DNA of 63,996 nt, the filler included, from Thraustochytrium aureum (taxonomy: Eukaryota), in NCBI GenBank assembly GCA_012862495.1. It is 4 parts of 3 records of this genome, joined end to end, with 100 filler letters (N's around TTAATTAATTAA, not from the genome) between each part and the next. Parts side by side here need not be neighbours in the genome. Positions count along the whole stretch, not along the records: positions 17,237 to 46,999 come from BLSG01000073.1; 3 more parts are not named here. One strand, 5' to 3'. A program made the position numbers and the translations under genes. Shown here in pieces: positions 33,342-45,561 of the stretch; position 1 is the first letter of the stretch; every line of letters starts with the position of its first letter. Under the pieces are notes generated by a model. The model ran no database searches. It was not told the DNA's origin and worked only from the letters and a program-made list of their open reading frames with translations.

Positions 33342-36290
33342 TCATCGATTGTGGCATTCAACGCAAATGCACTTGCTTTCCACGCCGCACTGGAACAGGC
33401 GCGAGTGCGGCTTTACCAACGTGTGCTGCTCGCAAAATACCTGATGGCACCGGCCGCAGACGTGACGCGTAAACTTTTTCACCGACGTGCCGCAGTACGC
33501 GCAAGCTTTCGTCGACCCTTCCAGGTGGCCCGACATTGTGTGGTGCGCCGCCATGGGGATCGGCGGGACGCGCCTATCATGAGACTGCTGGCTGGTGGCT
33601 GCCGCCGCCGCCGCCGACGATGACGACGCCGCCGCTGTCGCCGCGGCAGAGAGGACCGATGACGGGGCAGACGCCGACGGTTCCAGGCTGTCGATGCTCC
33701 TCCGCTTTTTTCGATGAAAGAACCGCAAGCGAGACTTCCGTCCGACTGGCTTCGGCGACCCGAACGAGTTGACCGACGAGTCGGTATCGGACGAAGCCCC
33801 CGTGCTAGAGTCGTTCACGGTCCTCTCCCAAGCCTTGACGACCCTCTGCGTCATGATATGTCGCCGGATCACGCCCCATTTGGAGTCGTGCGACGTATTT
33901 GGGGTGCTTGGGCGCGACGTCCGGAGCCCCGAACCGAGGGATTCAACAGTTGTGACGCCGAGAGCCGCGTTCAGGCGACCAGCAGTGCCTCCACGCCCGT
34001 GCTTTTTTGGCTCTTTCGCGGATCGCTGCCCGACGCCGCCGGCCTTTGAGGATGTTGTTGTTGGAAAGGTGGCCTCCACGGCGCGGGAGATCATGTCATG
34101 GTGAGGAGAGGCCGGCGAGAGGAGGTCGCTGTCGTCCTCGTCCTCCTCCGCTTCTTCGCCGTAACCGCCAGGCGACCCCCGGGCGTGGCCACCGCCGCCC
34201 GGTTCACGACCTGCGTTGGCGGCCGCAGCCATGGATCGCTCGTTTCGTGCTTGTAGCCATTTGACAAGAAACCGAAGGGCTGTCTCGGTGCCAAAAGCAG
34301 TGCCGAAGGACGACTTTAGAAGCGGGACGATGCGCTCACGAAGCGAATGGAGGATGCGCCGCTTCTCCTTGAAGGGCACGTTGGAGAACATGACAACAAA
34401 CCCACCTGCAGAGATCAGCGCCGTGATGCGATAGTAGTTGTCCACGAGGACGCCCAGGAGGAAGAATGGGAATGTTGCCACAAGGTACGCCGCCTTTGCC
34501 ACGACCCCCATGACCGTGATGCAAGCCTGCTTGTTCGGCTTGACTTGGTGCGACTCGAAAGGCGGCGAGGCGCCGAGCAGGTTCCATGCCTCGACTCTGT
34601 AATCGTACGCCACGCCAACACGAAGATGTTTGTCCAGGACGGAGGTGGACATGCCCGTGTACACTTCGTCCCAGGGCGTCTCCCTCGACGCGTCGGTGCG
34701 CCGCCGCAGCACGCGGTACTTGTGAACTGGCATTTCGCTTGCGCGCGCGTTGGCGCGCGCCGAGGCCGACCAGTCCAACTGAATAGAGCCGCACTTGACT
34801 TCCCCAGGGCGGGCGTCCACGTGCGTCAAAGGGTGAGGCGGCTCTCCGATCCCCAGTACCAATACCGTGATCGCTCGGACGAGCAGACGCTTGTCACGCG
34901 GGTCGGCGACCCTCAAGCGCTTCTCGAGCTGCTCTCCATCATTCGCGATTAGTGCGGGGAGGTCGAAGCCAGTGATACCCTGGTCCACGATAGCGTCGCC
35001 GTACTGCGGTAGCCCCACGGCATGAGCGATCCAGTCACGAGTCTGCTCCACCGTGATGAGGCGCTGGAGCCTGGTCCAATGGCTCTCCAGCTCTTCGGGG
35101 AGAATGCTGCGATCGGCGTCGCCATCCACGGATCTAATGCCGCTTTCCACCCCGGAAGACTTCAAAAAGTCGTCTTGCGCGCGCTGCGCTCGCAGCTCGG
35201 CGCCGGCGACTTCCGAGACTGGCTCTTTGTCTGCTGCCACGGGGTCGTTCAGGCCCGAAATGAGCTGCGCGAGTTCATCGGCGTCGATGTCGCCGTCGCC
35301 ATCCAGATCGGCGATCCGGAAGACCTGCTCGGTGGCGCCATGCAGGAAGTCCCGCTTCGCGCTTGGGCTCGCAGTCGCCCTTGCGTTACCGCTGCCCGTG
35401 AGGGCAGCCAGCGCGGTGTACTTGGGCAGCAGCGCCGGGGCTGGCACAAAGGCGTCCGCTCTGCTATCGAGGAGGCCAAGCCCCCCCCCAGCGCCACCTT
35501 CTCCACGCAGCGCGAGAGCGCAAACCGCGCCCTCGCTCCGCCCGATCGCGTTCCAGCCTCTACACGGATGGCGGGGTTTGCTCCTCCTGGGATGGAAATG
35601 GGTAGGGCGACTTCGGCGCCGGCTTCGCTCCCGTCGTACGCGGCCAGGGGGATCCACCGTTTGTGGCTAGCCAGCTTCCAAGACACCCTCCATCGGTGCA
35701 CGGGAATGCTCGCAGCGTCGGCCCCTCGATTTGCGGGGATAGACCAGCTCAAGGAGGCCTGCCACTCCTGCGGCGCGCCTTCGCCGCCTTTGTCAGACAG
35801 CGGCACACAGTCGAGCAGGGGCTTGGGGGGCGCGCGGCCTAGGCCCAAGTAGTCGCATTGAAATCGAGCGCATGATCTGCTTGCGATGGAGTCCGGTGTG
35901 GACGCCGATCTCTTTCAAGAAGTTGGGGTCCTCCATGAACAGTGGCAAGTCAAACCCTTTGACCCCGTTGTCGCGGAAAGCTTCTGCGTATTGCGGAAGC
36001 AGAACGGCGTTCGAGATCCAATCGGCGACGTCCTCCACCGTCAGGAGCGAGTCGAGCCGCGCCCAGTGTTTGACAATGTCAGCGCCCTGAACGCCGTCGG
36101 TGCTATCTGTGTCAATGTCCTTGAGCGCGTCGCTAATTCCGCGGTCCAACTCGATATCCCCCCCGAACAACTCGCCGCCTCCAAAGCGCCGGATGTATCC
36201 GCGGATCTCGGACGCCTCGATCGTGCCGTCGCCGTTCAGGTCCGTCTCTTGGAAAAACTTGCTCCTGGCGAGCTCCGCCTGCGAGATCTG
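33342..36290 (-). CDS. STIM-like protein: (EF-hand pair-SAM-FN3)x2, TM, cytosolic tail, FYVE-like zinc finger (5' end in gap; compensating frameshifts near 35843 and 35555)
   Basis: EF loops DLNGDGTIEASE and DLDGDGDIDADE; SAM motifs TVEDVADWISNAVLLPQY and TVEQTRDWIAHAVGLPQY; FN3 motif RVEAWN in both modules; hydrophobic span; CAYC...RHVCGRC...VFCEQH...CVEC. Confidence 0.85.
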
Positions 36291-37645
36291 NNNNNNNNNN
36301 NNNNNNNNNNNNNNNNNNNNNNNNNNNNNNNNNNNNNNNNNNNNNNNNNNNNNNNNNNNNNNNNNNNNNNNNNNNNNNNNNNNNNNNNNNNNNNNNNNNN
36401 NNNNNNNNNNNNNNNNNNNNNNNNNNNNNNNNNNNNNNNNNNNNNNNNNNNNNNNNNNNNNNNNNNNNNNNNNNNNNNNNNNNNNNNNNNNNNNNNNNNN
36501 NNNNNNNNNNNNNNNNNNNNNNNNNNNNNNNNNNNNNNNNNNNNNNNNNNNNNNNNNNNNNNNNNNNNNNNNNNNNNNNNNNNNNNNNNNNNNNNNNNNN
36601 NNNNNNNNNNNNNNNNNNNNNNNNNNNNNNNNNNNNNNGCGGGCAGGGGCGAGCGGGCGCAGAGCGACGAACAAGACGCGCGCGCGAGCGCTATCGCTGC
36701 CAAGCTATCCTGGCGACGGGCGGACAGGCATGCCAATCGCTGGCGAACGACTGCTGCTGCAGGCCTGCTGCGCGCCCCACTGCTCGTTCGTCTGCGCTCT
36801 GTTCTTCTCCTGTTGCGCTCCGCCAAAAAAAAACGGGCTAAAAGACTAAAAAAACTACAAAAAAGTTGAAAAAAACCACAAAAAACCACAAAGTCTACTC
36901 CAAAGCATAAGAAACCAAGACTGAAGTCTGCACCACCGTGAGTCCGTGACGGTTCAACGCCTTGCGAGATTCTGTTCTGCCAGTGAACGCTCCTGAGCGG
37001 CAGCCGTGAGGTGCGGCGGCTGGTTGGAGGGCGGAAGAAAAAGTGCGACAGAGGCGGGCATCCAGCTTGCCCTCGCCGCTCTCCTCCCCCTCCCGTGCGA
37101 GCTGTGCTACAGGTCAAGAATTTTTTTAAAATTTCTTGCGTTTGTTTCCGTGAGAGCTGTTCGATGGATTCGGTGTCCGTTGTGAGGCGCAGAGGGCCGC
37201 TGCGGGTGCCCTGCTGGAGACGACTCTGCGCAGCGGACAGAGAGTGGGCGCACGTCAGGCCACGACGCCGCTTTCTTCACAAAAGGAGGAGCGTGCGGGT
37301 CACAAAAGCGGAGGGGGAAAGGCAATCGCGTTTTTCAAGAGTCGGCGCTAGACGAGTGTGGGGTCCTCGACGTGAAAGACAGGCTCCGAACCTCACGGGC
37401 TGCCATCGGAGTTCTGCTGATCAGAGTACTCGCTGCCTCCGAGTGCAAGTACTCTACTTACGCGCCATGGCAGGCCAACTTCGAGGAGACTGTCCTTCGA
37501 TCTCGTCCCGCGGGTTGGAGTCGGCAGCGTCGCGGTGGGCATCGAACAGCAGCCTGACGTGAGACCGTGGCTGGCCGCGATGGTCCCATCGGAACGGGTG
37601 TCAGTGCAGAGGGGTCGGTGGGACGCAAAGGGCCGTCGACGGCTA

Positions 37646-40600
37646 TCACGCGTCCGCAGGGCGGTTGTGCGAGGCCGAGTTCTCCTGGTCCTCGACCAGC
37701 GCAGGGTGAGCGTGGTGCGCTGCTGCCTTTGCGGCGGCAGGGTCGAATCGAGCGAGCAGCTTGCGCAACTCGGCCTCGGAGAGCTCGAGGGCCTGGACGC
37801 GATCCTTGAGCTTTTCGACGTACTTGATGCGCTGGCGCAGATTTGCGTTTCCAGCAAGCTTGGAGTTCGCCGCCGCGAGCTCCTCCACCTTGATCTGGAG
37901 CTGCAGCGCCTTGTCCTCGGCCTCGAGGCGCAGCGCGCGCTCCGTCTCGAGCTCGCCTTCCCAGCTCCCTGAAAAGTCAGCGCCTGGGCCGCCGAGGCCA
38001 GCCGACGAAGCCTCATCCCCCGCCCGCTCGCCGTCCCCGCCGTCCCCACCGCCTGGCTTCAGCTCGTCCTGCTCCTGCGCAAGCGCGAGCTGCTCTTCAA
38101 GAAGCCGCTGCCGCTCCGCACGGTGCTCCTCAAGCTGGGCCGTGAGCTGTCGCTCGCGAGCAAGCTGCGCCTCGTGCAGTGATGCGAGCTCAGACTTGGC
38201 CTGGTCAAGCGCGAGCCGCAGCACGTCAGCCTCACCGCGCTCGTCTTGCACCGCTCGCTCGAGGTCCGCAAGCTCGCTCTGCGCTTGCTCCACCTTGGCC
38301 TCGGCCTCCTCCCTGCGCGATCGCTCCAGCTCGATGCTGCTGCGCATCTCGCTGAGGGCGTTTTGCATGTCGCTGGCGGCCTCGGCCTGGGCCGCCTGGC
38401 TTGCCTGGGCCTCGGCGAGCGCGGCCTTGAGGTTGGCAATGCGGAGCAAGTCGGTCTGCTGCTGCGCACGACGAAGGCTCGTCAGCGACTCGACCTCGTT
38501 TTGAAGCTCGCGGTTCTGCTCTTCGTGCGCAGCCTCCGCCTCTGATATCTCGCGCTGCGCCACGCGAAGTGCGTCTGCCTCCCGACGTGCTTCGGCGAGC
38601 TCCTCCTCGAGCGCCTCGCGCTGAGCCGAGAATGACTTTGCGGCTTCGTCGAGCTTGGCCAGCGTGACCTCGTTCTGCGCAGAAAGGTTCTCCAGCTCCT
38701 CGCGAAGCGCGTCCGCGTCAGCGCTCTTGCCGAGCGCGTCCTGGAGCCGCGACTCCAGCTCAGCGCGGGCCGCGTTTGCTGTTTGCTCGGCCTTTCGGAG
38801 GCTGCTCGCCTCGCGCCGCGCCGCCTCCACGGCGGCTGCCGCCTCAGACTGCTGAGTCTTGGCCGCGTCGAGGTCCCGTTCAAGAGCCTGNNNNNNNNNN
38901 NNNNNNNNNNNNNNNNNNNNNNNNNNNNNNNNNNNNNNNNNNNNNNNNNNNNNNNNNNNNNNNNNNTTCGACGAGGCGGACGAGCTTGGAACCGGCGCTG
39001 TTGCGGCTGGTACTGCACAGGGGTCTGGCCGGCATGTCCCCCAGGTTTGAGAGAAAAGGCACCCGCGCTGGTGTGCGGGGCGCCGCTTGCGCACTGCCCT
39101 GGTCGTCAGCAGGGGCTGCGGAGTCGCGACGAGCGCCCTGCGGCGAGGCCGAGGACAGCGAAGCTGTTGTTGCGTGTGACCACGTCTCGCTTGGCGCGTC
39201 CGGCTGCACTGCAATACGCATGTCCTGGAGAAGGCGGTTGGCCTCGAGCAAGCTCTTCGCCTTGGCTTCCAGGAGGCGGTTGTACGCCTCCAGCTCTGAC
39301 GCCGAGGCCACGCGACCCGCATCCACCTCGCGCGCGGCCTTGACCTCTTCGTACTTTGCTCGCCACTCGATCGCCTCGGCGTTGCAGGCGCGAATGTCCT
39401 CGCGCATGCGGGCCTCGTGGGCGGCCCAGGCCGCAACCGTCTCTGGGTCGAGTTTCGCTTTGATAGCATCGGCGACATGGCCGCTCTTCATTTTGAACAT
39501 GGCTTTGTGCGCGGCGACTGATTTGGCCAGTTTGGCGCAGGCTTCAGATTTCGTTTCCACCACGCCCTGGAGAGCGTCGGCACGGCTGCGCGCCGCCTCG
39601 GCCTGGGCGAGGCTGTGGCTCAGGAGCTGCTCAACACGCTCCAGTTCGAGGCGCAACTCGGCGCCATCCCCGCCGCCAACCGGCGTGCTGCCGTCGCTCC
39701 CTTCACCCGAGGCGTCGTGGGCGTCTTGGTCGCCGCCCTGGTGGGGATCGAGGAGCGAGCCTGGGACGCTTTGCCCGCCACGCGCAGCGGCAAGCTGGTC
39801 TTTGAGCAGGGTGATTTGCATCTTGAGCGCAGCCACGCTGGCCGCGGCGAGGTCCTCGTTGACCTTGGCCTTGTTGCGGATTAGCTTGGCGCGCTGCGCA
39901 AATTTCAGGGTCGAGAGCGATTCAGCCAGGTACCGAGCCAGCGGGTTTATGTTGGCGATCATGCGCGTCTTGGAGTTCCCGCCCAGCGAGTCGCGCAGCA
40001 AAAACGTCAGCTTCGAGTCACGGTACTTGATGTGCGGGCGGAATGTGCTTGAGCGCTGCGCGTCTGAGAGCGCCGCCAGCGCCGAGATCACCGTTCCCAG
40101 GCACAGAAGGGATTTGTTGATGTAGTTGGCCTCCTTCTGGCGCTCGCCAGTGGCCAGTGTGAGCTTTTGGCGCTCGCTGCCCGCTAGGTCGACGACGTTG
40201 AGGCGCGCCGAGCGCGCCACCAGCACGCCGTCCTCGTCCTCGCACTTGCTTTCGAGCTGCAGGGTGAAAACGGTGTGCGAGCGGCTGCTCTCGCGGTTCA
40301 TCGCGGTGGCGGCCATGCGCCGGCCCTCTGCTCCGCGACGCACCGTCTCAAGCGCATCCTCTGCCGTCTCTAGCACGACCTCGGTCTGGTTTTCGACGTA
40401 CACGCCGCGTTGCATCGACTCGCGGAGCTGGAGGTTGTGCTCTGACCCGCGCGACTGCTCGAGCAAGTCGTACACCTTTTCGTTGTACAGCTCGGCCATG
40501 CTTCCGCGACACAGAAACTCGCGCTGCCCAGGCAGCGTTCGAAACTCGGCGAACAGCCGCTCGAGCAGGCGGGGCAAGAGCCCGCGGTGCTCAACGTCGC

Positions 40601-40883
40601 CATCGTCGGGGCCAAATATCGTGTGCGTTTTCCCGGACCCGGTTTGCCCGTAGGCAAACACGGTGCAGTTGAACCCGCTGGCGACCTCGTTCGCGAGCGG
40701 CTCTCCGCACGCTTGGAACACTTGTTCCTGCGTGGCGTCCGCCTCGAACACCGCGTCGAAGGTGAATTCGTGCGTTGACCCGGCCTTGACCCCGTTCTCG
40801 CCGACCTTGGCGATCGCGACGTCCGCTGCGTGGGCCTCGTCGACGGGCCGCAGCCTCGCAAACACTTTGATGTTGTCCTCCAT
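37646..40883 (-). CDS. KIF15: Kinesin-12 (KIF15-like) motor with coiled-coil stalk (small internal gap)
   Basis: NIKVFARLRP, FAYGQTGSGKT, NRESSRSH, VDLAGSE, YRDSKLT; C-terminal LAGNANLRQRIKYVEKLK resembles the KIF15/HMMR tail. Confidence 0.9.
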
Positions 40884-41120
40884 CGTGCCTTCGTTGCCCG
40901 CGCTGCGCTGCCTCGTCCCGCGTGTCCGCTGGCGAAGAACAACTGCTGCCGCAGCTTCGTTGGGGCCAAAACAAGTTTGAAAAATTCATCTATGAACCCG
41001 AGAATTGGGATCAACTCAACCGAGCTGCCCAGCTGCTGTTGTTTAGACGCCGTCCAGTGTGGCCAGGCCCGTCAGTCCCAGCTCGCCCCTCCTGTGGAGC
41101 GCGCTCAGGACTGCGGGACT

Positions 41121-42124
41121 TTAGCGGGATCGGCTCGCTTCCAATTGGCTCACAGCATGGCCCAGGACGGGCAAAAGCACCGCCAGAGCCTCGCGCACAG
41201 CCTTGGGGCGCCCCGGCAAGTTTATGATCAAGCATGCATCATCTCTGATTCCGGCCACAGCGCGCGAGAGCATCGCGAGTGGCTCCACTTTGGCTGTCTC
41301 CCGGCGAACGGCCTCCGGGATCCCCTGCACCTGACGTTGCACGACCGCGAGTGTCGCTTCTGGCGTGACGTCGCGTTTTGAGAGCCCGGTCCCGCCTGTG
41401 GTGAGGACAAGGTTGCAGGTCCTGGCAAGCTCGCAAAGCGCGCCTTGGATTTGCTCGGCTTCGTCTGGCACGAGGCGGGATTCGGTCGGGGCAGCCAGGC
41501 GAAAGGCGCCCACCTTGCTGGCAAAGCCTTCGACGCAAGCTCGCGCCTCGGGCCCGCTGAGGTCCTGGTAGACGCCACTCGACGCCCTGTCGCTGACAGT
41601 CAGTACGCCGAGGCGAACGTCAGCCACAGCGTGCCCGTGGCCCGTCGCGCTCTTCGCGAGCCGGCTGACCATGTCTGCCGCGCAAGCTTCGCGCCATCAG
41701 CGTCTTCGCAGCAAACGTCCGACATGAGCGGCGCCGAGGGAGCCGGCAGCGCTTGCAGGGCTGGAGCTGACGCTGTTTCGTTGGCTCCAGGCGCAGGCGG
41801 CGCAGGTGACGAGGCAACGTCGTCGTGCTTGGCGTGCATGGCCATGGTCGCGTTGAAGCGTTCGAGCTGCTCCGGCGTGGCCTTGGTCTGGTGCTTGGCC
41901 TTGTATTCTGCGTACGGCATACCGTACACCACCTCGCAGGCCTCATCGTACGTCCCGGGCATGCCAAGCGCGCGCGAGGCCGCGTGGTACCACTTGGCGA
42001 GGCAGTTGCGGCAGAACCCGGCCAGCCCCATAATATCAATATTCTGCACTTGCGGGTTACTCTGCAAGTGCTTCACAAGCTTGCGAAACGCGAACGCCTC
42101 GACCTCCGTCTGCACGTTCGCCAT
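41121..42124 (-). CDS. DUF1244-domain / molybdopterin adenylyltransferase (MogA/Cnx1G-like) fusion (frameshift near 41680)
   Basis: N-terminal EAFAFRKLVKHL..VQNIDIMGLAGFCRNCLAKWY..VYGMPYAEYKAKHQ (DUF1244); C-terminal LTVSDRAS, DLSGP, LTTGGTG, RDVTPEAT, LSRAVAG, NLPGRPKAVRE (MogA). Confidence 0.85.
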
Positions 42125-42539
42125 CCTCCCGGCGTGCCGTGCGGCCAGCGCCTTGCTTCCCTGAATCCCGCCTTCCCCTCTCCCCCACCCACACCTCCCC
42201 TGTCTCCAGGCTGTCCGGCAGCGCGTCAACTCGCGCTCGGCGCAACCACCACCACCACCACAACCAGCAGCACCAGCAGCACCAGCGCCAGCAGCGCCAG
42301 CTCCGAGCGCGTCCTCGTGCTCGCAAGCAAGAACGGGGTCTGGCGTGCCAGGACANNNNNNNNNNNNNNNNNNNNNNNNNNNNNNNNNNNNNNNNNNNNN
42401 NNNNNNNNNNNNNNNNNNNNNNNNNNNNNNNNNNNNNNNNNNNNNNNNNNNNNNNNNNNNNNNNNNNNNNNNNNNNNNNNNNNNNNNNNNNNNNNNNNNN
42501 NNNNNNNNNNNNNNNNNNNNNNNNNNNNNNNNNNNNNNN

Positions 42540-45200
42540 CGACGGCGGCGGCAGCTCGGTGAGATGGAGGTCGTCCGGGAACGACTCGAAGAGGGCGACG
42601 CCGCTCGAGCGCGGAGGGCGGCGCTCGATGTGCTGCGCGACGCGGAGGAGTCCAATGGTGAGTGAGCTTGCAGCGCGGTGCGCGACGCGGTGGGCCCGAT
42701 GGGGCCGGGCGCGGAGCGCGTGGAGGCTGCTGGACCGGCGCTGACGTGGTCGACGGCGTGGCCGCCGCTCGCGGTTGGCGAAGACAAGGAGCTGCTGGCG
42801 GAGGCGCTGGGCGCACTGGGGGCCGTCAGCGCCATGGAAAACAGGCACGGCCTCTCCGCGGCTAGGCTGGAGGTGGCGGCCGAACTGTTCCGCGAGTGCG
42901 GCAAGACCTCGCAAGAGTTCAAGACACTCGAGCGCCTCGCTGGGGCGTACGAGGCTCTCGGAGACAGCGCAGCGGCCGCCGGGGTCGTTGCGCGCAAGCA
43001 AGCGATATCGGCGAGCCTGACGGAGCGGCTGGCGCCCAAGGGAGGGCAGAGCGGCGACGAGGGCGGGGACAAGCTCTTTGGGGGGTTCCTGAACATGTTT
43101 GGGAACTCTAGCGCTGACAAGGTGCTCCGCGAGGTGGAGCGGGCAAGGCCACGCTGCGCGCCCTTAGCGGCGCCACGACCAACGCAAACGAATCGCACAT
43201 GCAGCAGCACCTGATGCAGGTCCACTTTGGCGACCTGCCGTTCGCGAGCGTCGAAGGGCGCGTTCTGAAGGCCGCCGTCCGGTCGATCGAGCTGTTAGAG
43301 GAAAGCGTCGGCCAGACCACGGAGGCGCTGAGCGAAATGTCTGAGAACCTGCCTTCAACAGGCTGGTTTGCAGACCTGGAGGGCGTCGAACCGCCCGGGA
43401 CGCTGCGAAGCGCGATGCAAGAATGGGGCAGCTCTGGGAACGAGTGGGGAGTTGCCGCGCTCGACACCTCGGCGGAGATTAGGGAGCGGGTGCTCGGTCC
43501 GTTGTCCCGCATGAAGAGCGCATACAAAAGCATTGCCAAGCACTATGTCCAGCAAACGCAGCGTCACGAAAGCAAGGTTGAAGAAGCGGCCAGGACCGTC
43601 CGCAGCGAGCTCTCTGCAGAACGGCGCGCGCAGACCAAAGTGAACGAGGCGCTGGCGCGTTTGGAGCACGTAAGGCACGGGAGTCCGACAGGGCGGGCCG
43701 TGTCGAAGACCCTTGGCGAGAGCATGGGCGACATTCTCGGCAAAAAGCTTCCGCTGGAAGACCGCGTCGCCGAGAAGCTGCGTAGAGCTGAAACGGAGCT
43801 GGCGCACAGCAGAGAAATGGTGCGGCGTGCGCGTGAGCGTATGCTTGCTGCCACGGGCGCCAGCCGTGCGTGCCGCAAGCGAGCGTGTCAGGAACTGGAG
43901 GCCGTGGAGCAGAGCAGGGTACAGGTCTTTGCTGAGCTGTTGCGGGTGATGGCGGCCATTCAGTGCGACCTGCTCGATCGGTGGCACATGGCAACCGCGC
44001 GGATGGGCCGGAGTATTGCCGCCGTAGACGCTGCCTCTGATGTCAGGTCCTTTTGCAACATGGAGCTCATCAAGGGCGTACTCGTGGGCGAGCAGAGCCC
44101 CCAAGTATTGTTCAGTTCGCCGCTCCGGTCGCTTCGAGAAACCGCTGCGGAGCTCGGCTCGAGCATTGACGAAAGTGAGCGGGGCGACAGCGCGCAGGAG
44201 GTGGCTGAAATTGATTCGAGGGAGGCGCCTGGGCAGGCAAACTCGGCGGCCGAGAGCGAGATCGAAGCGGCGCTACCTCGACAGCCGCACGTGCGCGAGG
44301 ACGAGGCTCGGGACTATGTGCAGAGTGCGACAGGTGCAGAGACGCTGTCCGCGGCAAGCGAGGATTCCGAGCCCTCTGGCTTTCCGGAGGCTGGCGATGT
44401 ACGCGAGGGTGAGGGCCGCGAGCCTGAGGAACTAGCTGGGTCGTTGGCGGCTGAACAGCTCGATTTTGCTGAGGCGCGCGCGGCGACGGACGCGTTTATG
44501 GAGCGCCTCTCTGCTGCCTCTGACGAAGGCGTGGGATCGTCTCAGGACACTGCCGCAGAGCGTCAGGTCGTGCTCTCGATGTGCGCGAGCTTTGAGTTTC
44601 GGAGCTCGCGCGAGTATTTCATGTTGAGCCTGAACCGGTTTCGAAGCACAAAAACCAAGGTGTCACGAGCGGTGTTGGATGACCTTGTCCTCCTCATGAT
44701 TGCGCTGCTGAACGCGCTATACATTCAAGGCGACGTCCGTGCCGCCAAGATGTGCCTGATTCTGGCAGAGACGTTCTACTGCGACGGAGCGAAGGGAGAG
44801 GCCTCAGCGTCCAGGGGGCAAGCGAGGAGCAACGCGCGACGTCAGCTGTGCACCGCCTCGGTTCTATGTGCAAGACGGCATCAAGGACCACTCAATCTGG
44901 CGGAGCAGCCACTTTTGGGAGGAGACGTTTTTCCTCGCGGTTCGCGAAGAGATTTACCGCAACGTAGTCAAGACGAAGCGAGGCGACGGGGTTTCTAGCA
45001 GGCGGCGGTCGTTGTCGACCAACAACCTGAAGAACATCTCCTATGGGCAGATTGGCAGCTCTGCGTTTAACATGCTCTCCGTGGGCCTGTCGCCCGAGGT
45101 CGTCCGCGGGTTTGTCATGCGGATGAGCACGGCGTGTGGGTTTAGCGAGGAGGAGGCGCGAGCACTGCTTGGGAGCCTCCTGGAGGGGCGTGCTGAATAG
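42540..45200 (+). CDS. Coiled-coil (BAR/F-BAR-like) plus SBF2-domain protein (5' in gap; frameshifts near 43170 and 44850)
   Basis: C-terminal DVRAAKMCLILAETFY...IKDHSIWRSSHFWEETF...GQIGSSAFNMLSVGL matches the SBF2-type domain; long helical N-terminal region. Confidence 0.7.
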
Positions 45201-45561
45201 AGCCCAGCCGAAGCTGAGTCCTTTCTCCGGTTCTCCCACTGCGGGAGCGACTTGCTTGCGCGACACGCCGACGCTGACGGGCCGCAGAGGGCGCTGGGTG
45301 GGTGTCCAGTGCAGAAAAGTCACGTGAGCAGGCCGAGAAGCCCAGTTGGTCTCCTCGACGAACAAAAAGGCAATCAGAAACAGTCTGTCAGTCTTCTACA
45401 ATCCGTCATTCTATCCCTGGTCAGTCACGGCAGAGCGCAGTCCTAGCTGCACAGCCAGGGCAACAGGCTTGCGAGAGCTCGAAGAGCAGACAGGCACGGT
45501 CGTTCGGCGAAAACGAGGTCAGGGCTTGGCAGGGACAGGCGCGACAGCGGGCGCGCCCCGC

